Shown one piece after another: positions 48,869-60,216 of a DNA stretch of 64,000 bases. The stretch is taken from positions 1,178,001-1,242,000 of the forward strand of contig JBLDXI010000026.1 of NCBI GenBank assembly GCA_047495785.1, written 5' to 3'. The position numbers and the translations under genes are program-made. The notes beneath the pieces are model-generated. The model was given only the letters and a program-made list of their open reading frames with translations. It was not told where the DNA came from and ran no database searches. Origin of the DNA: Lepidodermella squamata. Taxonomy: Eukaryota; Animalia; Gastrotricha. The first letter of the stretch is position 1; each line of letters begins with the position of its first letter.

Positions 48869-51773
48869 ATGCGAGTTATTTTTGCTTTGCTGCTGTTCAC
48901 GTGGGAAAAAGTGAGCCAAGGCCAAAGCAGTCTTTGTGGGGATGCGGAGATCGCGGCTTGGGCCAAGGCAAAAGGTATAATACCGATACGTTTCTGAAAA
49001 TTCTACAGATAAAACGAATAAATTTCAGGAACTGAAGTTCCAAATGCCTACTACGAGGTCAACAAATTGCTGATGGAAAGAATGCAGGCTACGAACATCA
49101 ACATACCTCCGATAGATTTCAGCACCCGAACAGCCCCTGTTATAAACTTCATGTTCTATTTTGCCTCGTTACAATCGATCGAGGAAGAAAGAAATAGCAT
49201 TTTCATAAACGGCGCCATAGAAGTATTGCCAGTTTTTTTGAAGTAGAAAATCTTTTATTGAAATCTCTTAGCTGACTTGGGACGTCAAAGCGCTCGGCTA
49301 CTATTGGTACCAAGATCCGTTTCTTATGTGTTTACTAGACACCTACGTCTTAAACAGGTTATTCATAGTTTCATCATACGAATCGCATTAATGACCCTGA
49401 AACACACAGAGGGAAGGAAGCGGTTTGGACACCGAAAGTCATGGTGACTAACATGTTTAACGTGAAGGATTTTCGCGAAGCCCTAGATCAAGCTCCGGTT
49501 GGGATAACGGTAGATGGCCGTGCTTATTGGCGCATATATACTGCATTTGAGCTCAGCTGCAACCTCAAGTAATTTAAAATATTGTATACAAAACGCTTAC
49601 ATCTTAAAAATTGCGGCTGAGCAGATTGACTGCCTTTCCTTGGGATTACCAGGTCTCTATTTCATCTTCAATTGTTAAAAGTTCATTCAACTGTTTCTGG
49701 TTCCAGGTGTGTGGACTGAACATGTCTCTGCTTTCGGAATCCGTTGTCGCAACTTTCAGTGATGAGTAAACTAATCATTGTTTTACTTATGACTTATGAC
49801 TTGTTTTCATATTTTTTAATTTAGATACATTAACCCAGCTTGCTCGGCAATGTTCGAATCAAATCCGCAATGGGATTTTGTTGGCAGCCGGCATAGTGTG
49901 ATGGGCGAATTCGTCACGAAAATTTCAGCGTAAGTTTTTTTTAATTCTGGAAAAAATCAAAAAATTATTTTGCAAATTTTAGTGCTGAATTTGTGTTCAA
50001 ACGAAAACCATTATTTCATGTTCTAAGGTAAGAAAGCACAGTTTAAGATTAAATTTGTGTTCAAGTGTTCAAGGTTTGTGCAGCGTGATAGCTCCAACTA
50101 TTTTTCTGTCGATTTCCGGAACAACAATATGTAAGAGCTCTTACAGCTTTTATGAGGTTAGAATTTTAATTCGCTAAATATCTATCATCTTCAGTCATAA
50201 TTCCACCGGCAAACGGCGAGAAAAACAGCGTCAGTTTTTCGCTGCTGCTGAGTTTCTTCCTTGTGATCACGAATTTGATGCAAAACCTGCCGCCAAACGC
50301 TGAGAACATGCCGCTGCTATACACGGTTGGATTTTGAAATATTTTTTTTTGGTGGCAAAGGAGGACGTACAAAAAATTGGTGGTACCCAATTTTAGCGGT
50401 CCTAAATTAGGGAGAAAAGTTTTCATTAGTACTAAATTTGACTAAAATCATCCGAAACTCAACACTGAAAATTCGGAAAACTAATTTTGCGGGCCGCCTG
50501 CATTTTTCCGAATCTTGCATGGGTCCAATTCATTTGCATATTCATTTTTTGTCATATTCATTCACTGAAACGGAATTCCCTCCGTGCAAACTATAACGTT
50601 GGCGGTAAAACACCTCTCAAAGATCCCTCTGAAGATTTAATAATTATCACTGTTTACAGCTAGCTAGCTAAGACACAGGCTCTAGAATTTATTGATATTG
50701 GTGAAATTCACTTCCTTTGTAAGCTTCGGTGATGTCAAAGCTCTTAGAATCATGTTCCAATCCCAATCGTTGCTCAGTCTTAAGGCAAACTTGCCTCCGA
50801 GGTGAAATTTCAGGAAACTTTTTGTTTTGGGATGAAATTCGAATTATCAAAGGATTTTCTCACATTTTTCTTCGTTTTCAAATTCATCGAATCCGCCTTA
50901 AAAGAATAAGTTTTAATTTTGCAGTACATCATCAGCCTGTTTGGATGCGCATGTGGGGCCGCAATTTACACCGCAGCTATTCAACGCTTCGCCGTGCCAG
51001 TAATGCGTGAAGAGGTCAATGATGAGATCAAGGCGATGCTCCAGGAACATGGCTTCAGGGTCCGGCCAAGACGGCGCCAATCTGACCAGCAGATTTTGGA
51101 AAGCCTCGAGTTGCCGCGGCAAACCATCATCGCGCCAGCCCCAAGACCACTTCAGCCTGTCTATTTGAACCCGAACATGTTCAACTACCGGCTTAATCGA
51201 AACCAACCACCTTTGCCAATGGATAATTTAACAATAGTGGGGAAGCCTATCCCAGGTCGTTCCAGTCCTATTCCGCCGATAACAGTTACACCGAGCAGCG
51301 GTGTGGCATATATCAATAACACTCCATCCCCTCAACATGGTGTATGCAACAACCCGCCTCAGATGACTGAGGAAGGACACCATCAGCAACTGTCGCCCAT
51401 TCTCAGTCGACCAAGCTCTTCGAAACGGCGATCCAATGCATTCACAAAAGCTTTGTATGATGAAAAAGTTAGCAACCTGGCTACAATGCAATGGGTTTAC
51501 TTCGCAAACGCCCTTGGCTTGATCGTCTACACCCTTGCCGTTTTCGTGATTTCGGCCGATTTCTTTATGCGTGTTCTGAGTTTGAACGCCGATTTCAAGT
51601 ATGACTCCCTGGGTTTTCTGGTTCACGATAACAAATCGTATTTTCCACCTATTATGGATATGAGCAATTGCATATGCTGCAGATTGAACGCTACAACGAA
51701 CAAGCTGCTGCTTCAAAAGGATTCGATTTTTTGCGACCCTAATTCAGATGGATGTACCCTTTTCAAAAAATGA
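48869..51773 (+). CDS. Cys-loop cation channel subunit, paralog 3
   Basis: MRVIFALLLFTW leader; same exons; Cys-loop CNLKLTAFPWDYQVC; GEK-M2; Cys-rich tail CICC..C..C. Confidence 0.9.
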
Positions 51774-53223
51774 TCTCAACACCAGGCTTATGATAAAGAC
51801 GATCGAGACATTTTGATCAAAACTGTGCATTAGAAGCGATCATCGTGTTTATAATAGCAGATATCGCTATTATAAGTGCCACTAGTAGATAGTAGCTATT
51901 CTTTTCATGAAAATTGCTTCAGTTGTTAGCCTACAATGTAAATAAAATTTGATTGATTTGATTTGTCTGAAAGTTTTGAAACATTTGCTGAAAAACCCAG
52001 ACGAACCGATTAAATTCCGAAATTCCGAAAAATATGCGCATATTGTGCCAAGAAACTGATGACGTCATCCAAACTCGATTCAAATTTTTTTCCCGCGATT
52101 TTTAGCTCAATGCATTTATATGCCTCACGTGGGCCTAATCTTTGAGCTCACCTCTAAAATATTCCCAGCGCCAAATGTCCCATTTTTTTTACAAGTCGAC
52201 AGTTCATGGTGTCAACTACTGCTGGTAAATTTTTCAGAGCAATCGGCTTTCAGGTTGGCCGGGAATAAGGGGGGTCCCAAATCGACGTCACCTTTTTATT
52301 TTATTTATAAAAACAGGTAACTTTCAGAATACCTTTTTGGCACCGTTGGAAAGCCCGTCCTTTAAGGCATCTCGAGATATTAATGACAATTTTTTCAAAT
52401 TCACTGATAGAACACACTTGTCCAAATTTAGCCTGTCCAAAATTAACCATGCTTACGTTACTCAATTTTGGGTAAAATTCAAGAATCGGCAAAAAATAAG
52501 AAGAGCTAAAAATTCTTAGTTTTCGATGCTCTGACTGAAAAAAGTATTCTTTGAAAACATGGGCTTGGTCGTCGGCCGTATTGACATGGAATCACCCTTT
52601 TTATAAAATTCTAACCCAAATAAATTTAAACCTGACCTAACGAAAAGTTAAATGAAAGTTTTAAATCACGAGTTCGAGAGAAAACTGTCGATTTTCAGTT
52701 TGCAGCTAAAGATACGTCATCTGGCGCTAAGCTACGACCCGACCATGAGCTTTCTTAGCCTAGACACAAGTCTCAATCTTATTTCGACCGTGGCCTGTCC
52801 ATAATCTGCTCTAACAGAATTGCAGCATTCTAAGGCTATCAGGCCCTGTAGGACAGCACCTTGGTGATGAATAAACACAGCGCATGGGAGATATCAGGCC
52901 TTGGGTTAGTTCATTAATAGCGCTAACTAATTTCTAGCTACAAAAAAGGGACGACGCGCTCTTCAAAAATCAAGTGTCTTGGCCATTTATTAGCGGGAAT
53001 AGGATTATCTTGACTGCCGACGAACCAACGTCAGAAAAGTGACATGGGTCATGTAAGCAGGTCGAGGCAATAAAACGCTGATAAGACTTCAATTACAAAA
53101 AAGAGACGCCATGGCACCCTCATCCTTGGAATAACGCCAGATGCCGATAATTATCAATCGCAGCAAACGAATTTGGCTGAAATCAGTTAATCCGCCCATC
53201 GTCCATTTCGAGTGGCAAATTAA

Positions 53224-53340
53224 CCAATAAAAGATTAATCTACGACCAGGGACGTTCGGAGCCAGTCCCGAACGGGCCCTACGCCCTACGTGATACTATA
53301 TAAAACGGCGGCGAAAAGCTAGTTAAATCGAATCATTCAA
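53224..53340 (+). promoter_or_regulatory. cdc25 core promoter (CCAAT, TATA, Inr-like)
   Basis: CCAAT at 53224, TATATAAAA at 53297-53305, TCATTC ~35 nt after the TATA start, ATG at 53392. Confidence 0.5.
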
Positions 53341-53391
53341 GCATTTCATCAATTAATTAACAATTTAAATTCATTAACGTTTCATCCTATA

Positions 53392-54282
53392 ATGGCTAAT
53401 CAAACTCAACACGAAGTTTGCGCCATGCTTCAATCGAACGCCTTACTATCGATCATTTCCAACGCGGCCCTGCTCGGGCGATCGATGGCGAATCTATCAC
53501 TCGATTCGCAAGACCAGTTCGAAGAGCCTAAACACCAGGTGAGCAAGCTATAAAATTAGTTTATTCGATTTAATTATCAATTTTTTCTTATTTCTTAGAC
53601 TCTTCTTCCATGCTCGCCCGAGAAAAGCTTGGTCGCCATCAAGCCGCAAGTTCTAGTTAACCTGCTCGATGGCAAGTACACCGGCTGCATTGACACGTTC
53701 GAAATCGCCGACTGCCGCTACCCGTTCGAGTACGACGGCGGCCACATTCGCGGTGCTGTCAACACGCCGCTGTTGTCTCAAGTCGAAACCGTGTTCCCGA
53801 TCACCGGCCAGCCTGGCCAGAACCAGCGCCGCGTTCTCATCTTCCACTGCGAGTTCAGCAGCCAGCGCGGCCCGGCGATGCTGCGCCGGTTTCGCAAGGC
53901 CGATCGCGATCGCAACAAGGCCAACTACCCGCAGCTGGACTACCCTGAGGTGTACCTGCTCGAGGGTGGCTACAAGGCGTTCATCGAGTACTGCGAGGCC
54001 AACGGCCGTTTCGACTTGCTGTCGACGCCGATTATCGAATCGCGCCGCAGCTATTACGTAACCATGCGTGACGCTGCGTTTCATGCTCAAGAACGCAACT
54101 GGCGCCGAGCTGTCGACAATGATCGAGCTTCGTCGTCGTCATCGGCGGCGGCCTCTTCCTGCGTCGACGCGACTCCGCCGAGCAAGCGAACGGCCGCGAC
54201 TGCCGGCGGCAAACTCGGTCTTCGCAACCGCCTCGGCGGGCTTTTGCCGAAGCGTCGTCTCGATCTTGAAATCGAGGCGTAA
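53392..54282 (+). CDS. cdc25: Cdc25-family M-phase inducer phosphatase (2 exons: 53392-53538, 53599-54282; 276 aa)
   Basis: DCRYPFEYDGGHIRGAVN, active site HCEFSSQRGP (HCX5R), DR..N.YPQLDYPEVYLLEGGYKAF. Confidence 0.95.
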
Positions 54283-54542
54283 ATAACTTGTGTGTAAAGT
54301 TCATCGCTAAAATATGATCGTGCTTTTATACCTGTTTTATTTGATGATTTTCAGAGTTTATTAAAAAGAAATAAAAGTAATTTTCAATTTTCAAATGATG
54401 GCAGTGTTTTAGCTTATTAACCCGAGCGCATGAATGGCCCGTAAAATTCTGAGTGGGTATACTGTGTCATTTTCACGATGGGGTTTTGCCTATTTTTATC
54501 AGAGCTAATAGGAGTGAAATTCGCCATTCACTACTTGTTCTA

Positions 54543-54950
54543 CAGCGTGTCCCATTTAAGTAACGCAAGCAAAGAAAATGCACCGAAAAGGCTCAGAAAC
54601 TCTAAAATGATAGACGAAGTCGCATCTCATGTCCAGAAAATTTTAGAAAAATTCAAAAAATCACGAGAATATTAATCAAGTATGTCACTTGTAAGTCCGG
54701 AGCACGTCCGGAGAACTTTGGTCCAACCGGGTAAAATACTGAAAATTACCGAACCAGTTACCATCGGGGTTTTCCGGGTTATCTGCATTAAATGTTTTGC
54801 ATTTCTTCGGCTAACTTCGGTTCGCGGATAAAAGACGGAATTTTCCCTTAGTAGGTTTAATTAAAAAAAATAAAAATAAAAAATAAAAAATAAAAAAATT
54901 CTTAAAAAAAGTTGCCAAAATTAAAAACTAGTGGCGCAACTTCTGGGACG
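54543..54950. mobile_element. Tc1/mariner-type MITE (family copy 3)
   Basis: TA|CAGCGTGTCCCA start, homologous interior, degenerate right TIR gcgcaacttctgggac. Confidence 0.75.
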
Positions 54951-55212
54951 TATCAGCAACATCAGCCACAAATTCAGCTTGACAAAAATGACTCATCTCC
55001 CAATTTTCGATTTTTCAATGTAAAATGTTATTAGAAACTAATGAAATGCCTCCTGATCAAAATAGGCGAAACCTACTCGTGAAAATGACAGGGAATACTC
55101 GAAATATTATGCGCAGAAATCTGTCAATATCTGTTGTCTGTTGTCTGAAATGAAATGAAATGAAATGTCTGAAATGAGGTCAAATCGATTTACCTGGCCA
55201 GCCAGGTGGGCT

Positions 55213-55308
55213 GGTGCCAACAGATAGGTTAGCGATTTCGGGAGATCGACTTCTAGAGGTGGTGCCAACAGATAGGTTAGCGATTTCGGGAGATCGACTT
55301 CTAGAGGT
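55213..55308. repeat. Perfect 48-bp tandem duplication
   Basis: ggtgccaacagataggttagcgatttcgggagatcgacttctagaggt x2. Confidence 0.9.
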
Positions 55309-55828
55309 GGTCAACAAGAAACGGGGTCAACATTTTTGGTGAGCACCTCGATGACTCGTCAGACGGTTTGAAAAATAATGCCCATGAGATTCTTCTACGC
55401 GAAAAGGCAAAGGGCAAAGGGCCAATGGTCGGGTCGTAGCTTAGCGGCTATTTTAGCTGCTCTCTTTACTCTTCAACAGTGGCTTTTAGCAGATTTCAAA
55501 CCGACGGTTATCGCGTAGTTTTTTGGACATTTCAACTATGTTTCAACTGTTGGCTTGCCCATAGAAAACTTTTAAAGATGCTGACAAATATTATTCGACC
55601 GTAGAAAAAATGAAAATTCGTAGAAGATTTCAACAAAAAATCCCAAACAGTCTATTTCTCAAGCTATCAATTTGATCTCCGCGAATTTTATTCGATCTGG
55701 TTATGAACTAACGGCAATCATATTATATAGGATTACAGCAAATCTAAACACAGTTATCGTTTCTCATGCACACTTTTAACAACAATGTCTTTATCGTCTT
55801 CATCATCAGCCCGATGTCGAGGTCGTTT

Positions 55829-58280
55829 TTAGAAAAGAGTACATCCATCTGAATTGGGGACGCAAAAAATTGCATCCTTTTTAAGCAGCAGCTTGTTTGT
55901 TGTAGCGTTCAATCTGCAACAGACGCAATTGGTCATATCCGTTATTGGTGGGAAATACGATTTGTTATCGTGAATCAAGAAACCATTTGACTCAAACTTG
56001 AAATCGGCGTTCATACTTTGCACACGGATAAAGAAATCCGCCGAAATAATAAAAACGGCGAGGGTGTAGACGATCAAGCCAAGGGCGTTTGCGAAGTAAA
56101 CCCATTGCATTGTAGCCAGGCTGCAAATTTTTTCGTCATACAAAGCTTTACTGAAAGCATCAGAACGCCGCTTCGAAGAGCTTGATCGGCTGGGAGTGGG
56201 CGACAGTTGCTGATGGTATCCTTCCTCAGCCATCTGAGGCGGGTTGTTGCATACAGCATTTTGAGGGGATGGAGTATTATTAATATATGCCACACCGCTG
56301 CTCGGTGTAACTGTTATCGGCGGAATAGGACTGGAACGACCCGGAATCGGCGTCCCAACTATCGTAAAAGTATCCATAGGCAAAGGAGGTTGGTTTCGAT
56401 TAGGCCTGTGGTTGAACATGTTCGGGTTCAAATAGACAGGTTGAAGTGGTTGTGGGGCTGGTGCGATGATGGTATGCCGCGGCAACACGACAATTTCCAT
56501 TACCTGCTGATCGGACAGGTGCCGTCTTGGGCGGACCTTAAAGCCTTGTTCTTGGAGCAAGGCCTTGATCTCATCATTGACCTCTTCACGCATTACTGGG
56601 GCAGCAAATCGTTGAATAGCTGCGGTGTAAATTGCAGCCCCACAGGCGCATCCAAAGAGATTGATGATGTACTGAAAAAAGTGCACAAATTTCAGAACGA
56701 AGAATATATTGAGGAAGGGACCTCTATTATTTACGATAATTTGATACGATCGAAAAAGTACTCTAGTTTAGGACCTAAAAATGGGTGCGGCAAGGTTCTT
56801 GTATCCCCTCCTTTGTCACCAACAGAAATAATTAAAAAACCTAACCGTGTAGAGCAACGGCATGTTCTCGGCATTTGGCGGCAGATTTCGCATGAGATTT
56901 GTTATGACCAGGAAATAACTCAGCAGTAGCGAAAAACTGACGCTATTCTTCTCACCATTTGCCGGTGGAATTATGACTGAAGATATAGCGAATTAAAATT
57001 GCAACCTCATAAAAGCTGTAAGAGCTCTTACATATTGTTGTTCCGGATATCGACAGAAAAATGGTTGGAGCTATCACGCTGCAAAACTTCAACCTGAGCA
57101 TAAATTAATCCAAACTGATCTTTCTTACCTTAGAACGTAAAATAATGGTTTTCGCTTGAAGACAAACTCAGCACTGAATTTTCCATACTTCATATCAATT
57201 TACTCTGGAATTTGACACAACTCACGCTGATATTCTATAAACAAATTCGCCCATCACTCCTTGCCGGCTGCCAACGAAATCCCATTGCGGATTTTTTTCG
57301 AACATTGCCGAACAAGCAGGGCTAACATATCTAAGGTTAACAATCCGAAATAAATAACTGGTCTGAAGTACAAAAATTATTAGCTCACTCGTCACTGAAA
57401 CTTACGACCGCGGCTTCCGAAAGCAGAGACATATTCAGTCCACACACCTTGAGACAGATTTTGCTACAAGTGAACTTCTAACATTTGAAGCTAAAATCGA
57501 AACCTGGTAATCCCAAGGAAAGGCGGACAATCTGCACAGTCGCAATTTTCAAGAATTATTCAAGAATATTTTGAATGTTATTACTTGAGATTGCAGCTGA
57601 GCTCAAATGAAGAATAGATGCGCCAATAAGCACGGCCATCTACGGTTATCATAACCGGAGCTTGATCTAGGGCTTCGCGAAAATCCTTCACGTTGAGCAA
57701 GTTAGTCACCATGACCTTCGGTGTCCAAACCTTTTCTTTCCCTCTGGGTTTCAGGGTCATTAATACAATTATTTTGATGAAACTGTGAACCTGTTCAAGA
57801 CGTGGGTGTCTAGTAAACACATAAGAAACGGATCTTGGTACCAATAGTAGCCAAACGCCTTGACGTCCCAAGTTAGCTAAGGGATTACTGTAATAGTTCA
57901 GAAAATTGTTTTATAATCTAGGATTACTTCTATCGCGCCGTTTATGAAAATGCTATTTCTTTCTTCCTCGATCGATTGCAACGAGGCAAAATAGAACATG
58001 ACGTTTATAGCCAAAGTCTTTCGGTTGCTGAAATCTATCGGAGGTATGTTGATGTTTGTAACCCGTATTTTTTCCATCAGCAATTTGTTGACCTCGTAGT
58101 AGGCATTCGGAACTTTAATACCTGTGAATGCATTCGTTCATCTGGGGAAATTTCGGAAATTTTATCGTTACCTTTTGCCTTGGCCCAAGCCGCGATTTCC
58201 GCATCCCCGCAAAGACTGCTCTGGCTTTTGATGCCTGTTTCCCAAGCGAACAAAAGTAGCGAAGCAAAAATAAGTTGCAT
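55829..58280 (-). CDS. Cys-loop cation channel subunit, paralog 4 (inverted relative to 1-3)
   Basis: MQLIFASLLLFAW leader; all 11 exons found on the minus strand; M2 GEKNSVSFSLLLSYFLVITNLMRNLP. Confidence 0.9.
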
Positions 58281-59136
58281 GTTGAAATTGTTGATCTTCA
58301 ACTTTGAAATTCACTTTCAGTAGTAACTGCGCTTTCCCCATGAGGAAACCAGATATGGTGACCGTGGATTTCGACTCCACTCTTTTTAACCATGATTGTA
58401 CTGAGCCCATGGGATGTGTTAAAAGCTTTTCAAATAAACCGCTGCTGGATACCGTGAAAGCTCTCATTTCGGACAAAATCATGTTTTCCGAGCCTATAAA
58501 AACCAGGCGAAAATTATAACAGCTGGAAACTTTCGGAACATCATAATGCTCTACGCTTGGTACCGCTGGAAAGCTGATGTTCCAGGGGATTGCAGGTCAC
58601 AAAGTTCGAGAGCTTGAAAAATAAAATATAAAATATAATATAATATAAAATAAAATCTGCGATACCCGCAGCGCTGCCGCTTCCTCATCACTTCCAAGCA
58701 TGTGCCAGGCTAAGATGTCAGTAGAAAATAGATTGAATAAATGCAAAATTACTATGGACACGCTGCTTCTAATGGTTTTAGTTAGCTAAAATAAAAAATC
58801 TGAAAAATTAAGTACGAAGACGCTTAAATCACGTTGTGTTGGAACTTCAATTCTAGCGGCGCAGATATTTGAACCCCTTGGCAATCTTTGTTTCAAAGCT
58901 TAAAAAATAGTTGCACAACTTATGGGACATGCCGTAAAAAATGTGTGAATTTCCCCTACAAATTATTTTTAGCTAATTCAAGCTGATATTTTCACGAATT
59001 TTTTTATCCAAGAAAGTTTATTGAGCAGTGGTCAACAAAACTCCACAAAAAGGGTTCGACCATTTTATTTCGTAAGAAAGTTAGAACAAAATTTATCAAA
59101 TTTATCACTTGCTTTAGCGATGATTAAATTAAAAAT

Positions 59137-60216
59137 CTAACAAAAAGCACACCACAGGTTATCACGCGGTTTCGCCCGGTTGTCCTTGTAAAATTCCGCA
59201 TTCAAATTCTGCGCGTGATTTTGAACCGGCGTGTAGTCGTGAAGACGATCCGCGTAGTACGACAGCGATTGCGCCTTAGGCCGCAACAAGTCCTGCCTGG
59301 CAAGTCGAAACGCCTCGCGTTCCATTTCAATTCTTCGCTGCGGGGAGTTGAAAAAAATTCCACGGCGAGATCGCATTAGCTCTAGGTATTTTTCCGTGTT
59401 GGCTCGACGTCTGGAACCTTCGGTATTACTGTTCAAATTATGCCCAGCTCCAGAGCCATGAGCTGGCATAGGGATGGCCATGATGAGGGACATTAACGTC
59501 TCGTTATCCTTTTGCGATAACGTGAGCTCCGGCACCAAAGTTGGCTCGATAATTTCAGGCTCATCTCGGCTAGGCTGGTCGCTCATAACTTGGTCGTAGA
59601 TGGACCGGCGAAAAGACGTAGAACCGGCCGGTGATGTAGTAGGCGGTGATGGTCGTTGGCGCATGGTAACAAGGTGGCGTAGTAGCGCTGGGTCGATATC
59701 TGGCGGCGGATCAGAATTTACACTATCGTCGGCTGGCGACTGATGATCGCGATTTGATTGCACCGGAATTTGCTGCGCGTTGAATGAATAAAAATTGAAA
59801 AAAACAGGTCGTGAAAATGCAAACAACAAAAATACTTAATGATTTATGATCCCATTAGGTATAACGCAACTACATATAAAAATCGATTTTTAATTTCATT
59901 TTAATTTTTTATAAAATTATTAGGCAGCTTTATTTCTAACAACTCACGCTTTTGCGCATAATTAATTAAAAATGGGTCATGGCTATATAATTTGAAAAAT
60001 ACGTACCCAAATGACGTTGAGCCAATTATCGAGTTCAGCGAGCATAGATTCATCCTCGACAATTACCGTCGGATTAACGCTGTTGTTATTTTTGCCAACA
60101 TTATCGAAATTAGGCCCAGGAAGTTCTACGACTTCGTTCTCGAGCTCATTTCCGGCTTTAACACGTGCTTCTGATATTAGCAACAATAAGGTGATTATCA
60201 CTTGTAAAACTGTCAT
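59137..60216 (-). CDS. Orphan secreted precursor protein (2 exons: 60216-60007, 59772-59137; 281 aa)
   Basis: Signal MTVLQVIITLLLLISEA, phase-0 intron, acidic/Pro-rich region, basic sites RRR, RSRR and RR, ends WCAFC*. Confidence 0.65.

Larger units (their letters stand above)
52702..55460. repeat. Inverted repeat pair bracketing cdc25
   Basis: gcagctaaa..cgctaagctacgacccgaccat (52702-52746) is the reverse complement of atggtcgggtcgtagcttagcg..tttagctgc (55425-55460), with a 22-nt perfect core. Confidence 0.7.

Noticed and set aside
53599-54282. Horizontal transfer of cdc25 suggested by high GC
   Set aside because: It has a host-type 60-nt intron, and the zinc-finger exon at ~37030-37340 shows similar GC-rich codons, so composition alone is not evidence.
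56207-56929. 240-aa plus-strand ORF and similar antisense ORFs over the channel, cdc25 and mucin exons
   Set aside because: Antisense shadows of real coding exons; not conserved as open frames across paralogs.
41442-58280. Naming the channels as nAChR alpha subunits
   Set aside because: No vicinal cysteines or aromatic-box residues; orthology cannot be assigned without a tree.
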